From the NCBI GenBank assembly GCA_015523125.1, contig WAKX01000040.1, forward strand, positions 19,601 through 83,600: a stretch of 64,000 bases of DNA. Reading direction: 5' to 3'. The position numbers and the translations under genes are program-made. Source of the DNA: DHVE2 group archaeon (GTDB lineage: Archaea > Thermoplasmatota > Thermoplasmata > Thermoplasmatales > Aciduliprofundaceae). Below, one piece after another: positions 45,632-54,824 of this stretch. The first letter of the stretch is position 1. Each line of letters opens with the position of its first letter. Under the pieces are notes generated by a model, which saw nothing but the letters and a program-made list of their open reading frames with translations, searched no databases and had not been told where the DNA came from.

Positions 45632-46343
45632 AGACCTCGTTGCCCTGCTGACCTTAGTCGGATTCATCCTGTATTTCTACCCGTATCCCATCGTTAAATT
45701 CATCGGAACTTCAATCCTTTTATTCTTCTCCTCTGGATTCTTCCTTCTCAAAATATTCTACAGAGATATGAAATTGGAAGAGCTCATTTTGCTATCCTTT
45801 GGCGTATCCGTAGCGATTTCCGGGGCCCTTGCACTCATTTTAGCAGTATTTTCTCTCCTGACCCCGTTTGCCATGTTCATCGGAATCGCGGCGATTTCCA
45901 TCCTCGGATATTTCTTATCCTCTTCGCTGGAGATTAAAAAGCCGAAGATTGAGAAGCCCGATAAGTTCACCGCGGTGATGCTGGCCCTGATGCTAATCGT
46001 AATAGGTGTGTGGGTGAGCGTGGAATCACAGACTTCTTACTACAAAGAGATAGACATAGCCATAAATCACTGGCCCAAAAATGCAACGGTCAATTCCTCT
46101 CTCGGATTCGAGATATACGTGAAAAACCAGAATTACGGAAATGCGGATTGCAGGGTCGTTTTCACCTTAAATAAAAAGCAGATGGAGACGAGAAATTTCA
46201 CCCTGAACAGCGGAGATGAAAAAATTTTGATGTTCCAAGCGAGGAGCAATCTCACGGGCAAAAATCTCGCCTCATTCGATCTCTATGTGAATGGAAATTT
46301 TTACACCAACGTGCACGTTTATTTCGATTTGCGGAGCTCGTGA
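45621..46343 (+). CDS. Membrane protein, DUF1616-like N-terminal TM region + CARDB-like extracellular domain
   Basis: 4 TM helices (FLLKIFYRDMKLEELILLSFGVSVAISG resembles DUF1616), then the beta-rich segment FEIYVKNQNYGNADCRVVFTLN. The ORF opens at 45603, overlapping the ATPase. Confidence 0.55.
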   Translation: MRDKDLVALLTLVGFILYFYPYPIVKFIGTSILLFFSSGFFLLKIFYRDMKLEELILLSFGVSVAISGALALILAVFSLLTPFAMFIGIAAISILGYFLSSSLEIKKPKIEKPDKFTAVMLALMLIVIGVWVSVESQTSYYKEIDIAINHWPKNATVNSSLGFEIYVKNQNYGNADCRVVFTLNKKQMETRNFTLNSGDEKILMFQARSNLTGKNLASFDLYVNGNFYTNVHVYFDLRSS

Positions 46344-46440
46344 TTTCGCCGGTTCAATTTTCGCCCAGATATTTTCGCAAAGATGATAACCGAGTTGTTA
46401 ATCAAAAGTTTAAAATCTCATGCCTTATTGCTATCCACCA

Positions 46441-49400
46441 ATGGTGGAAATGAGCGAGGAGATGCGGAAATATTTTGAATCTCTGGAATCCGAAGCCGAG
46501 AGGATTTATCAGATTGCGGAGGAAGCCAGAAGCATGGGGTACGACCCCGAGACCCATGTGGAAATCCCCCGCGCAAAGGACTTGGCGGTTCGCGTGGAAG
46601 AGCTGACGGGAGTGAGAGGAATCGCAAAGAGAATCAGGGAATTGACGGAAAAATACGGGGACAGGGGAATGGTTTCAATCCTAATTGCGAAGGAAATCTC
46701 CAAGAAATACGATAAAGTCGAGGAAGCTTTGGATAAGGCGGTCCGCGTCGGCCTCGCCGTTCTCACCGAGGGAATTTTGGTTGCCCCATTAGAAGGCATT
46801 GCGAGCATAAAACTCAAAGATGATGGAGATGGAGGAAAATACGTCTCAATTTATTACGCAGGCCCAATTCGCGGGGCAGGAGGCACGGCGCAGGCGCTGA
46901 GCGTGCTTATTGCGGATGCAGTTCGAAGGGAGTTAGGAATAGAGAGGTACGTGCCCACGGAGCAAGAAATCGAAAGATACAAGGAGGAAATTCAACTCTA
47001 CGACAGGCGCAAGCACCTGCAGTACAGGCCCAGCGATAAAGAGATAGAGACGGTGGTGAAGAACTCGCCCATCTGCATAGACGGCGAAGGAACGGAAGAT
47101 TTCGAGGTAAGCGGCTATCGCGACCTTCCGAGAATCGAAGGGAATAAAGTTCGAGGAGGTATGTGCCTCGTAATCGCTGAGGGCGTGATTCAAAAAGCGA
47201 AGAAGATAAAGGGCTACGTGGAAAAACTGAAAATCGACGGCTGGGAATGGATTTCCGAATTAATTCCCGAGGAAAAGAAGGACAGCAAGGAGAGCAAGGC
47301 GGAGAAGTACATCGAAGATATCGTGGCTGGCAGGCCCATTTTCTCTTATCCATCGAGACCCGGGGGGTTCCGGCTGCGCTACGGTCGGTGTCGAGCCGGA
47401 GGACTAGCGACGATAAGCGTGAATCCCGCAACAATGCAAATTCTAAACCGATTCATTGCGATAGGAACCCAATTGAAGACGGAAAAGCCCGGAAAAGCGG
47501 GGGGAATGACCTCATGCGACAGCATCGAGGGCCCAATCGTGCTACTAAACAACGGGGATCTGGTGCAAGTTAACAGCATGGAGGAGGCAAAGAAGATTTT
47601 CGATCCAGAGAGAAAAATAGACGAAGTGAAGAAGATAATCGACATCGGAGAGATTCTGATTCCCTACGGCGAGTTCAACGAAAACAACTATCCACTTCTT
47701 CCCGCATCGTTCACCGTGGAATGGTGGATTCAGGAAGCGGAGAAAGCTGGATTCAAAGGAGAGATTAAGGACGCATTCGAAGCCTTCGAGATATCGAAAA
47801 AATACGGAATTCCCCTTCACCCGTCGTATAATCTCTTCTGGCACGATTTTTCAGTGAATGAGCTGAAAAAATTATCCGAATACATAGAGAAAAATTCCAA
47901 ATGGGAAGATAGAAAGCTCCACGTAGAGAAAAACTCGGAGATAAAAGAAATCATAAACAATTTAGGTGCACTGCACAGGGAGAGAGATTCGTACATAATC
48001 GACGAAAGATATTCCTATCCCCTGCTCCGCTGCCTCGGATTAGAGTTAGAAGGGGAAAAAATAATCAGAAAGAAAAAAATCGAAGAGTATAAAGGAGACG
48101 ACCCGTTAGAATTCGTATCGACGATGAGCGGAGTTAAGATAATGGCCCGGGCTCCAACGCGGGTGGGGGCGAGGATGGGGAGACCCGAGAAGGCGGCAGA
48201 GAGAAGAATGAAGAAGCAAACAATCAATATTTTATTCCCGGTGGGAGAAGCCGTAGGAAACAGAAGATTGCTAACCGATGCGCTCAAGATGGACACAATA
48301 ACGGTGGAAGTTGGCGAGCGAAAATGCGAGAAATGCGGAACTCTCACTCATCTTCCATATTGCCCCAAATGCGGCTCTCGAACGATTTACACGGGAAGAG
48401 TGGTGCAGAAGAAGATAAGCATGAAAGAAGAACTCAAGAAAGCGGAGGAAAATTTGGGAGTTCGTGTTTCTTGGGACATAAAGGGCGTCAAGAAGATGAT
48501 GTCCGCCGAGTTCATCCCGGAGCCTCTGGAAAAGGGAATTTTGCGGGCAAAGAACAATGTCTATGTGTTTAAAGATGGAACAATAAGGTTCGACATGAGC
48601 GATATAGCAATCACGCACTTCAGGCCGAGGGAAGTTGGGTTGAGCGTGGAAAAAGCGAAGGAATTAGGGTACACGCACGATTATTTGGGCAACGAGTTGA
48701 AAAGTGAAGAGCAGGTTTTGGAGCTAAAAGTTCAGGATATAATTCTTCCGAAAAAAGCGGGGGAGTACCTTTTCCGCGTGGCAAATTACGTGGACGACCT
48801 ATTGGAGAAATTCTACAAAATTCCGCGGTTCTACAATCTAAAGAGCATGGAAGATTTGATTGGTCATTTGGTAATGGGCCTCGCGCCCCACACCTCTGCA
48901 GGAGTTTTGGGTAGAGTGGTGGGTTTCTCCGATGCAAACGTGGGATTCGCGCACCCGTTTTTCCACGCGGCAAAGCGGAGAAACTGCGACGGCGATGAAG
49001 ACTCCGTAATGCTCCTGCTAAACGCGCTTTTGGACTTCTCCCGCAAATACCTACCGACCACAAGAGGCGGTTTGATGGATGCACCGCTGGTTCTCACGAC
49101 CCGCATAGACCCCAGCGAAATAGATAAAGAAGCTCTCAACGTGGACGTGGGCTCGTATTATCCTTTGGATTTTTACTACGCAACCCTGCGCAAGGCGAAG
49201 CCCAAGGAAGTGGAGGACATGATCGACTACGTGAAAAAAAGGCTCGGGACGGAAAAGCAGTACGAGGGATTTTCGTTCACGCATGACACGAGGGACATCA
49301 ACGTGGGAGTTCTAACCTCCGCGTACAAAACGCTGGGAAGCATGGAGAAAAAAATCGAAAGTCAGGTAAACTTAGCGAGGAAAATTAGAGCGGTGGATGA

Positions 49401-49755
49401 AAGAGATATGGCTTCTCGCATCATCTCGCACCACTTCATACCGGACATAATGGGTAATTTGAAAAAATACGGCACGCAGAAGTTCAGATGCTCTTCCTGT
49501 AACACGAAATTCAGAAGAATGCCCCTGGGCGGTAAATGCCCAAAATGCGGAGGCAAGATTATCCTCACAGTGTATCCGAATAGCGTAAAAAAATATCTGG
49601 ACAAGGCGCTCAGAATGGCCTACGAGTTCGATGTGGACCCTTATTTGAAGCAGAGAATAGAAATCCTGAGAGATTCGATAGATTCCATAATGCAGGTTGA
49701 AGAGGAAGAAGAAGAGGAAAAAGATAAAATAACCCTTGACAATTTCTTCTCATGA
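46441..49755 (+). CDS. polC: DNA polymerase II (PolD) large subunit DP2
   Basis: About 1100 aa. YF..LE.EAERIY.IAEEARS.GYDP, Zn fingers CEKCG...CPKCG and CSSCN...CPKCGG, and an acidic tail. The TATA-like aagtttaaaa at ~46405 favours the ATG at 46441. The ORF opens at 46420. Confidence 0.95.
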   Translation: MVEMSEEMRKYFESLESEAERIYQIAEEARSMGYDPETHVEIPRAKDLAVRVEELTGVRGIAKRIRELTEKYGDRGMVSILIAKEISKKYDKVEEALDKAVRVGLAVLTEGILVAPLEGIASIKLKDDGDGGKYVSIYYAGPIRGAGGTAQALSVLIADAVRRELGIERYVPTEQEIERYKEEIQLYDRRKHLQYRPSDKEIETVVKNSPICIDGEGTEDFEVSGYRDLPRIEGNKVRGGMCLVIAEGVIQKAKKIKGYVEKLKIDGWEWISELIPEEKKDSKESKAEKYIEDIVAGRPIFSYPSRPGGFRLRYGRCRAGGLATISVNPATMQILNRFIAIGTQLKTEKPGKAGGMTSCDSIEGPIVLLNNGDLVQVNSMEEAKKIFDPERKIDEVKKIIDIGEILIPYGEFNENNYPLLPASFTVEWWIQEAEKAGFKGEIKDAFEAFEISKKYGIPLHPSYNLFWHDFSVNELKKLSEYIEKNSKWEDRKLHVEKNSEIKEIINNLGALHRERDSYIIDERYSYPLLRCLGLELEGEKIIRKKKIEEYKGDDPLEFVSTMSGVKIMARAPTRVGARMGRPEKAAERRMKKQTINILFPVGEAVGNRRLLTDALKMDTITVEVGERKCEKCGTLTHLPYCPKCGSRTIYTGRVVQKKISMKEELKKAEENLGVRVSWDIKGVKKMMSAEFIPEPLEKGILRAKNNVYVFKDGTIRFDMSDIAITHFRPREVGLSVEKAKELGYTHDYLGNELKSEEQVLELKVQDIILPKKAGEYLFRVANYVDDLLEKFYKIPRFYNLKSMEDLIGHLVMGLAPHTSAGVLGRVVGFSDANVGFAHPFFHAAKRRNCDGDEDSVMLLLNALLDFSRKYLPTTRGGLMDAPLVLTTRIDPSEIDKEALNVDVGSYYPLDFYYATLRKAKPKEVEDMIDYVKKRLGTEKQYEGFSFTHDTRDINVGVLTSAYKTLGSMEKKIESQVNLARKIRAVDERDMASRIISHHFIPDIMGNLKKYGTQKFRCSSCNTKFRRMPLGGKCPKCGGKIILTVYPNSVKKYLDKALRMAYEFDVDPYLKQRIEILRDSIDSIMQVEEEEEEEKDKITLDNFFS

Positions 49756-50519
49756 TTGCCAATCTGTTCGTAGTTGGACCGGCGGGGAGCGGAAAGAGCA
49801 CCTTCACCGCTGCTTTTAGAGAGTGGATGCTTAAGAACGAATACGATACCATCGTTGTTAATTTGGACCCCGGAGCTGACGCGCTTCCGTACAATCCAGA
49901 TATCGACGTTCGGGATATCGTGGATTTAGGGGACATTATGGCAGAGTACGGCTTGGGGCCAAATGGAGCGCAAATCGTGGCCGCTGATCTCATGGCCAAT
50001 TATGTGGAAGACATAAAGAGAGATGTGGATTCGTATGATTCCGACTATGTGATTTACGACACCGCCGGACAATTGGAACTCTTCGCTTTTCGAGCTTCCA
50101 GCGAGTTCATTGTGGATTTCTTGGGCGAAGATAGGAGCATGCTGGCGTTCATGTTCGACCCGTCGTTGGCGAAGACACCCACTGGCTTCGTTTCCCTTCT
50201 TCTTCTATCGGCCACCGTGCATTTCCGATTCTACAAGCCGTACATAAACGTATTGACAAAGGTGGACATAATCGAAGACGAGGACCTTCAAAATATAGCG
50301 AACTGGAGCGAGAATTGGGATATGCTCTACAATTCACTCATCAAAGACAAAGCGGGAATGCATAAGGAGCTGAATATCGAGTTGTTCAAAGCGATGGAGA
50401 AGATGGACGTTTTCAGAAAATTAATTCCCACATCGTCGAGAATGATCTACGGCTACGAAGATATCTACTCGATCCTGCAAATGCAGTTCGCTGGCGGCGA
50501 GGATTTGGAAAAAAGGTAA
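49752..50519 (+). CDS. GPN-loop GTPase (PAB0955 family)
   Basis: Walker A GPAGSGKST, the GPN motif (GLGPNGA), and DTAGQ. There is an ATGA overlap with polD. Confidence 0.9.
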   Translation: MIANLFVVGPAGSGKSTFTAAFREWMLKNEYDTIVVNLDPGADALPYNPDIDVRDIVDLGDIMAEYGLGPNGAQIVAADLMANYVEDIKRDVDSYDSDYVIYDTAGQLELFAFRASSEFIVDFLGEDRSMLAFMFDPSLAKTPTGFVSLLLLSATVHFRFYKPYINVLTKVDIIEDEDLQNIANWSENWDMLYNSLIKDKAGMHKELNIELFKAMEKMDVFRKLIPTSSRMIYGYEDIYSILQMQFAGGEDLEKR

Positions 50520-51038
50520 TTAAAACAATTCATGCGCTTTCACGAGAGATATCAATTCCACGCCCTCTTTTTCCAAGTTTTCCTTTCCTCCTTCCTCGCG
50601 GTCTACCACGCATATAACTCGATTTACCTTCAACCCCGCATCTCTGAGAAGCCGGATCGCGCGGAGCACCGAGCCGCCGGTGGTGACGACGTCCTCTATT
50701 ATATCCACCTCTTTTCCCGCTTCGTATTCCCCTTCTATGAGTTTCGAAGTCCCGTAGCCCTTTTTCTCCTTCCTTATTATGAGATAGTCTCTCTTGGATT
50801 TCACGGCGGTGATTGCCACAAGGGGAACTGCCCCTAACTCCACCCCTGCCAGAAGTTCGCCTTTCACATGATTTGCAAGCATCTCGCCCATCATCTCTAA
50901 AATTTCGTATTTCGTGCTAGCCTTTTTTATGTCCACGTAGTATTTGCTCTTCTTTCCAGAGGCCAGCGTGAAATCGCCGAATTTTATCGCTCCCGATTCG
51001 ACCAATTTCTCTTTGAGCATAAGGGGATATCGAGCCAT
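50520..51038 (-). CDS. pyrE: Orotate phosphoribosyltransferase
   Basis: 172 aa. GDFTLASGKKSKYYVD, and the PRPP loop IIEDVVTTGGS. Confidence 0.92.
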   Translation of the reverse strand: MARYPLMLKEKLVESGAIKFGDFTLASGKKSKYYVDIKKASTKYEILEMMGEMLANHVKGELLAGVELGAVPLVAITAVKSKRDYLIIRKEKKGYGTSKLIEGEYEAGKEVDIIEDVVTTGGSVLRAIRLLRDAGLKVNRVICVVDREEGGKENLEKEGVELISLVKAHELF

Positions 51039-51116
51039 GGGTAAAAATCATTTCCCACGAGAAAAATCAAATGGGGCATAGGAAAATTTATAAAGTCCAT
51101 GAACTTTCGCCTCTCC

Positions 51117-51755
51117 ATGTATTTGATTGTTGAACGGGAAGATGTAATAAGAATTCCACCCCCAATGTTAGGCGAGGATATAGACGAGATAGTGGACAAT
51201 CTCGCAAGGGAGAAAATTGAGGGTGCCGTTTACTCTTTCTCCCGCACAGAAGTTAAGGACGAAGCGGAGAGAAAATACGTAATCATTCTTCTTTTGGAAC
51301 TGTCGAGGGTCGATGACGGCATAATCGTACCGGGCGACGGAGCAGTTTATCAGAAGGTGAAATTCAAAGCTCTCGCTTATCACCCCGAGATTCAGGAGCC
51401 AGTGCTGGGTTACGTTGTAGATGTCCTTAAATTCGGAGCATTCGTGCGCATAGGCCCATTGGATGGTTTGCTCCACATAAGCCAGCTCATGGACGATGTA
51501 ATCGACGTGGATGTGGAGAACAAGAGACTGATGGGCAAAGAGAGCAAGAGGACTATAAAGGTGGGCGATAATCTAATCTCGAGAATAGTGGCACTAAGCA
51601 TAAACGACGCAGAGCCTAGACACAGCAAAATTGGTTTGACCATGAGGCAGCCCGGGCTGGGAAAATTGGAATGGATAGAGGAATTAGTTAAGGGAACGAG
51701 TGAGAAGAAGGAAGAGAAAAAAGAGAGTAAAAAGAAGAAGGGGGGTAAGAAATGA
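51117..51755 (+). CDS. rpo7: DNA-directed RNA polymerase subunit Rpo7 (E') with an S1 domain and a K/E-rich tail
   Basis: MYLIVEREDVIRIPP..., and the S1 domain GYVVDVLKFGAFVRIGPLDGLLHISQ. The ORF opens at 51099. Confidence 0.9.
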   Translation: MYLIVEREDVIRIPPPMLGEDIDEIVDNLAREKIEGAVYSFSRTEVKDEAERKYVIILLLELSRVDDGIIVPGDGAVYQKVKFKALAYHPEIQEPVLGYVVDVLKFGAFVRIGPLDGLLHISQLMDDVIDVDVENKRLMGKESKRTIKVGDNLISRIVALSINDAEPRHSKIGLTMRQPGLGKLEWIEELVKGTSEKKEEKKESKKKKGGKK

Positions 51756-51934
51756 ACGAGCTCAGAGCATGCAAAAGGTGCAAAAGGATAACCACCGAAG
51801 ACGTGTGCCCATACTGCGGCGGGGAAACCACCACGGAGTGGCACGGATACGTGTTCATACTCAACAGCAAATTATCGAGAATTGCCAAGGAGATGAACGC
51901 TCAGGATGGAGAGTATGCCCTTAGAGTTAGATAA
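51752..51934 (+). CDS. spt4: Transcription elongation factor Spt4 (RpoE'')
   Basis: 60 aa. Zn ribbon CKRC...CPYCGG, then W.G. There is an ATGA overlap with rpo7. Confidence 0.88.
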   Translation: MNELRACKRCKRITTEDVCPYCGGETTTEWHGYVFILNSKLSRIAKEMNAQDGEYALRVR

Positions 51935-52424
51935 ACCCCTCATTCTTCCCGATGAACTCCGCGGGGAACTTCAGAAGGTTCACGGGGAAATTGTAAGCGA
52001 TGGAGAAGTAGAAAAACATGTGCGAGGGAAATTTGTGATTACCGTGGGGGATGTGGTCACCTACACACTTCTCAAATTGGGTCTGAATATCAACGTGGCG
52101 GTTGTAGATTACAAGACAAAGAGAAGCGAGGTGATTTTCGAGGACATAAAAAAATTCGGAGACATCGTTTTTAAAGTGAAAAACCCCGCAGGCACGATTA
52201 CCCCCGAGCTCTGGAGGGCGGTCAGGGATGCAATAGAAAGTAAGAAAAAAACTAGGATAGATGTGGAAGGGGAAGAGGATCTCGCTGTGCTTCCGGCGGT
52301 GCTGTTCGCACCCCAAGGCGCTATGGTTATATATGGGATGCCCAATACGGGTCTGGTCATACTAAAAGTCAAAGATGAAGATAAAAAAAGTGCAATGGAG
52401 ATAATAAAGAGAATGGAGGTATGA
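51906..52424 (+). CDS. DUF359 protein / GTP-dependent dephospho-CoA kinase (archaeal type)
   Basis: ITVGDVVTYTLL..., VAVVDYKTKR, and its conserved position after spt4. Confidence 0.75.
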   Translation: MESMPLELDKPLILPDELRGELQKVHGEIVSDGEVEKHVRGKFVITVGDVVTYTLLKLGLNINVAVVDYKTKRSEVIFEDIKKFGDIVFKVKNPAGTITPELWRAVRDAIESKKKTRIDVEGEEDLAVLPAVLFAPQGAMVIYGMPNTGLVILKVKDEDKKSAMEIIKRMEV

Positions 52425-52427
52425 GCT

Positions 52428-52727
52428 ATGGAGATAAAGATATTAGAGAAAAAGGAAAATCCGCTGCTTCATCGTGTAGAGGTGAAATTCGTCGTTAGTC
52501 ACCCTAAGGATAAAACCCCATCAAGAGAAGACGTCAGGAGTCTGATTTCTGCAAATCTGAATGCGGAGAAAAACAGAGTTATTTTGGATTACATGCACAC
52601 CCCATTCGGCTCAAACGAAACAAACGGATACGCCAAAATTTACGACTCGGTTGAGAGCGCAAAGAAAATTGAGCCAGATTACATTTTGCTTAGAAACAAG
52701 CTCATCGAGAAGAAAGAGGAGGCATGA
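52428..52727 (+). CDS. rps24e: 30S ribosomal protein S24e
   Basis: 99 aa. [16 protein letters not shown]...TPSREDV. Confidence 0.92.
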   Translation: MEIKILEKKENPLLHRVEVKFVVSHPKDKTPSREDVRSLISANLNAEKNRVILDYMHTPFGSNETNGYAKIYDSVESAKKIEPDYILLRNKLIEKKEEA

Positions 52728-52729
52728 AT

Positions 52730-52882
52730 ATGGAAAAGAGAGAACTTTATGAGATAAAGAACAACAAGTTAGTCAGGAAGAGAAGATTTTGCCCCAAGTG
52801 CGGCCCCGGCGTGTTCATGGCCGATCACGGAGACAGGTACTCCTGCGGCAAATGCGGATACACCGAATTCAAGAAGAAATAA
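52730..52882 (+). CDS. rps27ae: 30S ribosomal protein S27ae (zinc ribbon), absent from the supplied ORF track (<60 aa)
   Basis: My own translation is [50 protein letters not shown]. It sits in the canonical position after S24e. Confidence 0.88.
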   Translation: MEKRELYEIKNNKLVRKRRFCPKCGPGVFMADHGDRYSCGKCGYTEFKKK

Positions 52883-52883
52883 G

Positions 52884-52957
52884 GGGCCCGTGGGGTAGTC
52901 TGGATATCCTCGGGGCCTCCGGAGCCTCTGACCCGGGTTCGAATCCCGGCGGGCCCG
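52884..52957 (+). tRNA. tRNA-Arg (anticodon CCG)
   Basis: GGGCCCG-TG-GGGT-AGTCTGGATA-TCCT-C-GGGGC-CTCCGGA-GCCTC-TGAC-CCGGG-TTCGAAT-CCCGG-CGGGCCC-G. It has a 4-nt variable loop and starts 2 nt after the S27ae stop. Confidence 0.8.
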
Positions 52958-53153
52958 CTGGGGAGACACCTGCGGTTTCTCCCTTTACCCACTTCCCTTA
53001 AGGTACAATACTATGGCTCTACTTCGCAGGGTGTGTTCGCATCTCCCGATGCTCTTTTACCCCCAAAGAAATTTTTGGATGCTGGAGGGTATGGGAACCC
53101 GCCGGAGGTTCCCAGAAGGAAAGGTATTTTTACCCCCTTGTAATCCGACATCC

Positions 53154-54809
53154 ATGTTCATTATGGAGAGATTCAGGGAAAAGGCCAACGAACTCCTGAA
53201 GGAAATGGGAGTGGAAGCGAAAGTAGAAGAAGCGAAAGAGGGCTTTGGCGATTTCACGCTTCCGTGCTTCCAATTCGCAAGGCTCATGAAAAAATCTCCC
53301 GCGGCCATAGCGAAAGATTTCGAAGAGAAAATAAAAAAATCCGAGTATTTTGAGAAAATAGAAGCAGTTGGCCCGTACCTGAATTTTCACATCTCACCAG
53401 AAAAACTAGCGGAGATGACGCTCTCAGAAATTATAGATGGAAGAATATTCCAGTTCGAAAAAAAGGAGAAGATAGTTTTGGAGCACACCAGCGCTAACCC
53501 CACGGGGCCCCTGCACGTGGGCCGGGCTAGAAATCCAATTATTGGAGACACAATGGCTCGCATATTGAGAGAATATGGTCACGAGGTGGAAGTCCATTAT
53601 TTTGTGAACGACGCGGGCATGCAGGTGGCCACACTACTCTGGGGAATAATAAATATACCTACAATTCAGAAACACGGCAAGTGCGATCACGTTTACGTGA
53701 GAAATTATCAGGAAGCTTCCAAGCTCGCGGGCGAGAAAAAGGAGATCGAAGGAGAAATAAGGGAGTTGATGAAAAGATACGAATCTGGCGATGAAGAACT
53801 GAGGAAATTCGCAAGGGAGAAAATAGGCTGCATGCTTGAAGGAATCAGGGAAACCTTGGAAAAAATAAACGTGCACATAGACCGCTTCGTCTGGGAATCA
53901 TCCCTTATCAGAGAAGCGAAGAGAATAGCTGAAGCATTGAAAGATTACACCGGTGAGGAGAACGGAGCATACTACGTGGATATGAAAAAAATGGGCATAG
54001 AATTGCAAAAGAACAAATTCTACCTTTACCGCAACGACGGAACCACGCTCTATTTTCTGAGGGATATCGCGTACCATCTCCTCAAGGGAAAAATCGCCAG
54101 GACCCTCGTGGACGTGTTGGGTGAGGATCACAAGCTGCATTTCTACGCCATAAAAAGCATAGTTGAAAAATTGAATCCGGAATTGAACGTTAAACCACTA
54201 TTTTACTCGTTTGTGAGATTGCCAGAAGGGAAGATGAGCACCCGCAAGGGCACGGTGGTGTACCTCGATGACCTCATCGAAGAGGGATATAAAATGGCCA
54301 TGGATATCCTGAAAGATAGAAACTACGGAGACGAGGCAGAAAAGGTAGCGGAGAGCATAGCATACTCATCCATAAGATACTCCATCCTGAACGTTCAAGA
54401 AGAAAAGCCCATAGTTTTCAGGTGGGATAAAGCGCTGAGCTTCGAAGGAGAGAGCGCGCCATTTATAATATACACCTATGCGCGTGCAAGCAGCATACTG
54501 AAAAAAGGAGATTGGAAAAAAGAGTACGACGTGAAACTCTTGAAGCACGAGCAGGAAATCAAATTAATAAAATTGATGGCAAAGTACCCTGAAATTATCA
54601 AAAACTCGTCCGAGTCTCTCAGTCCATACATAGTAGCGAGATACGCCTACGAATTAGCCATGCAGTTCAACCAATTCTACAGAGATTGCCCCGTGCTTTC
54701 TTCTTCATTGGAGCTTAGAGAAACACGCCTCGCGCTGGTTCACTCTTTCAAAATCATTCTTGGAAAAACCCTAAAAGTTCTTGGACTTGCAGCACTGGAA
54801 AAAATGTAA
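53154..54809 (+). CDS. argS: Arginyl-tRNA synthetase
   Basis: HTSANPTGPLHVGRARN (HIGH-type), the MSTRKG (KMSK-type) motif, and a DALR anticodon-binding C-terminus. The start is at MFIMERF (53154) or MERF (53163). The upstream ORF extension to 53013 was rejected. Confidence 0.93.
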   Translation: MFIMERFREKANELLKEMGVEAKVEEAKEGFGDFTLPCFQFARLMKKSPAAIAKDFEEKIKKSEYFEKIEAVGPYLNFHISPEKLAEMTLSEIIDGRIFQFEKKEKIVLEHTSANPTGPLHVGRARNPIIGDTMARILREYGHEVEVHYFVNDAGMQVATLLWGIINIPTIQKHGKCDHVYVRNYQEASKLAGEKKEIEGEIRELMKRYESGDEELRKFAREKIGCMLEGIRETLEKINVHIDRFVWESSLIREAKRIAEALKDYTGEENGAYYVDMKKMGIELQKNKFYLYRNDGTTLYFLRDIAYHLLKGKIARTLVDVLGEDHKLHFYAIKSIVEKLNPELNVKPLFYSFVRLPEGKMSTRKGTVVYLDDLIEEGYKMAMDILKDRNYGDEAEKVAESIAYSSIRYSILNVQEEKPIVFRWDKALSFEGESAPFIIYTYARASSILKKGDWKKEYDVKLLKHEQEIKLIKLMAKYPEIIKNSSESLSPYIVARYAYELAMQFNQFYRDCPVLSSSLELRETRLALVHSFKIILGKTLKVLGLAALEKM

Positions 54810-54824
54810 ATAAAAAAAGAGGTT

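Noticed and set aside
45113-45667. 184-aa and 140-aa minus-strand ORFs opposite the LolD-type ATPase
   Set aside because: The plus-strand gene has all the ABC motifs. The antisense products have none.
46907-49084. Several 100-175-aa minus-strand ORFs inside polD (46907-47434, 48015-48347, 48271-48618, 48620-49084)
   Set aside because: - They are antisense to a continuous DP2 gene.
- Their products are R/S/P/L-rich low-complexity sequences.
53013-53153. N-terminal extension of the argS ORF (MALLRRVCSHLPMLFYPQRNFW...)
   Set aside because: - The extension has no counterpart in ArgRS N-termini.
- A TATA-like element lies inside it.
- Conserved ArgRS sequence begins at MFIMERF/MERF.
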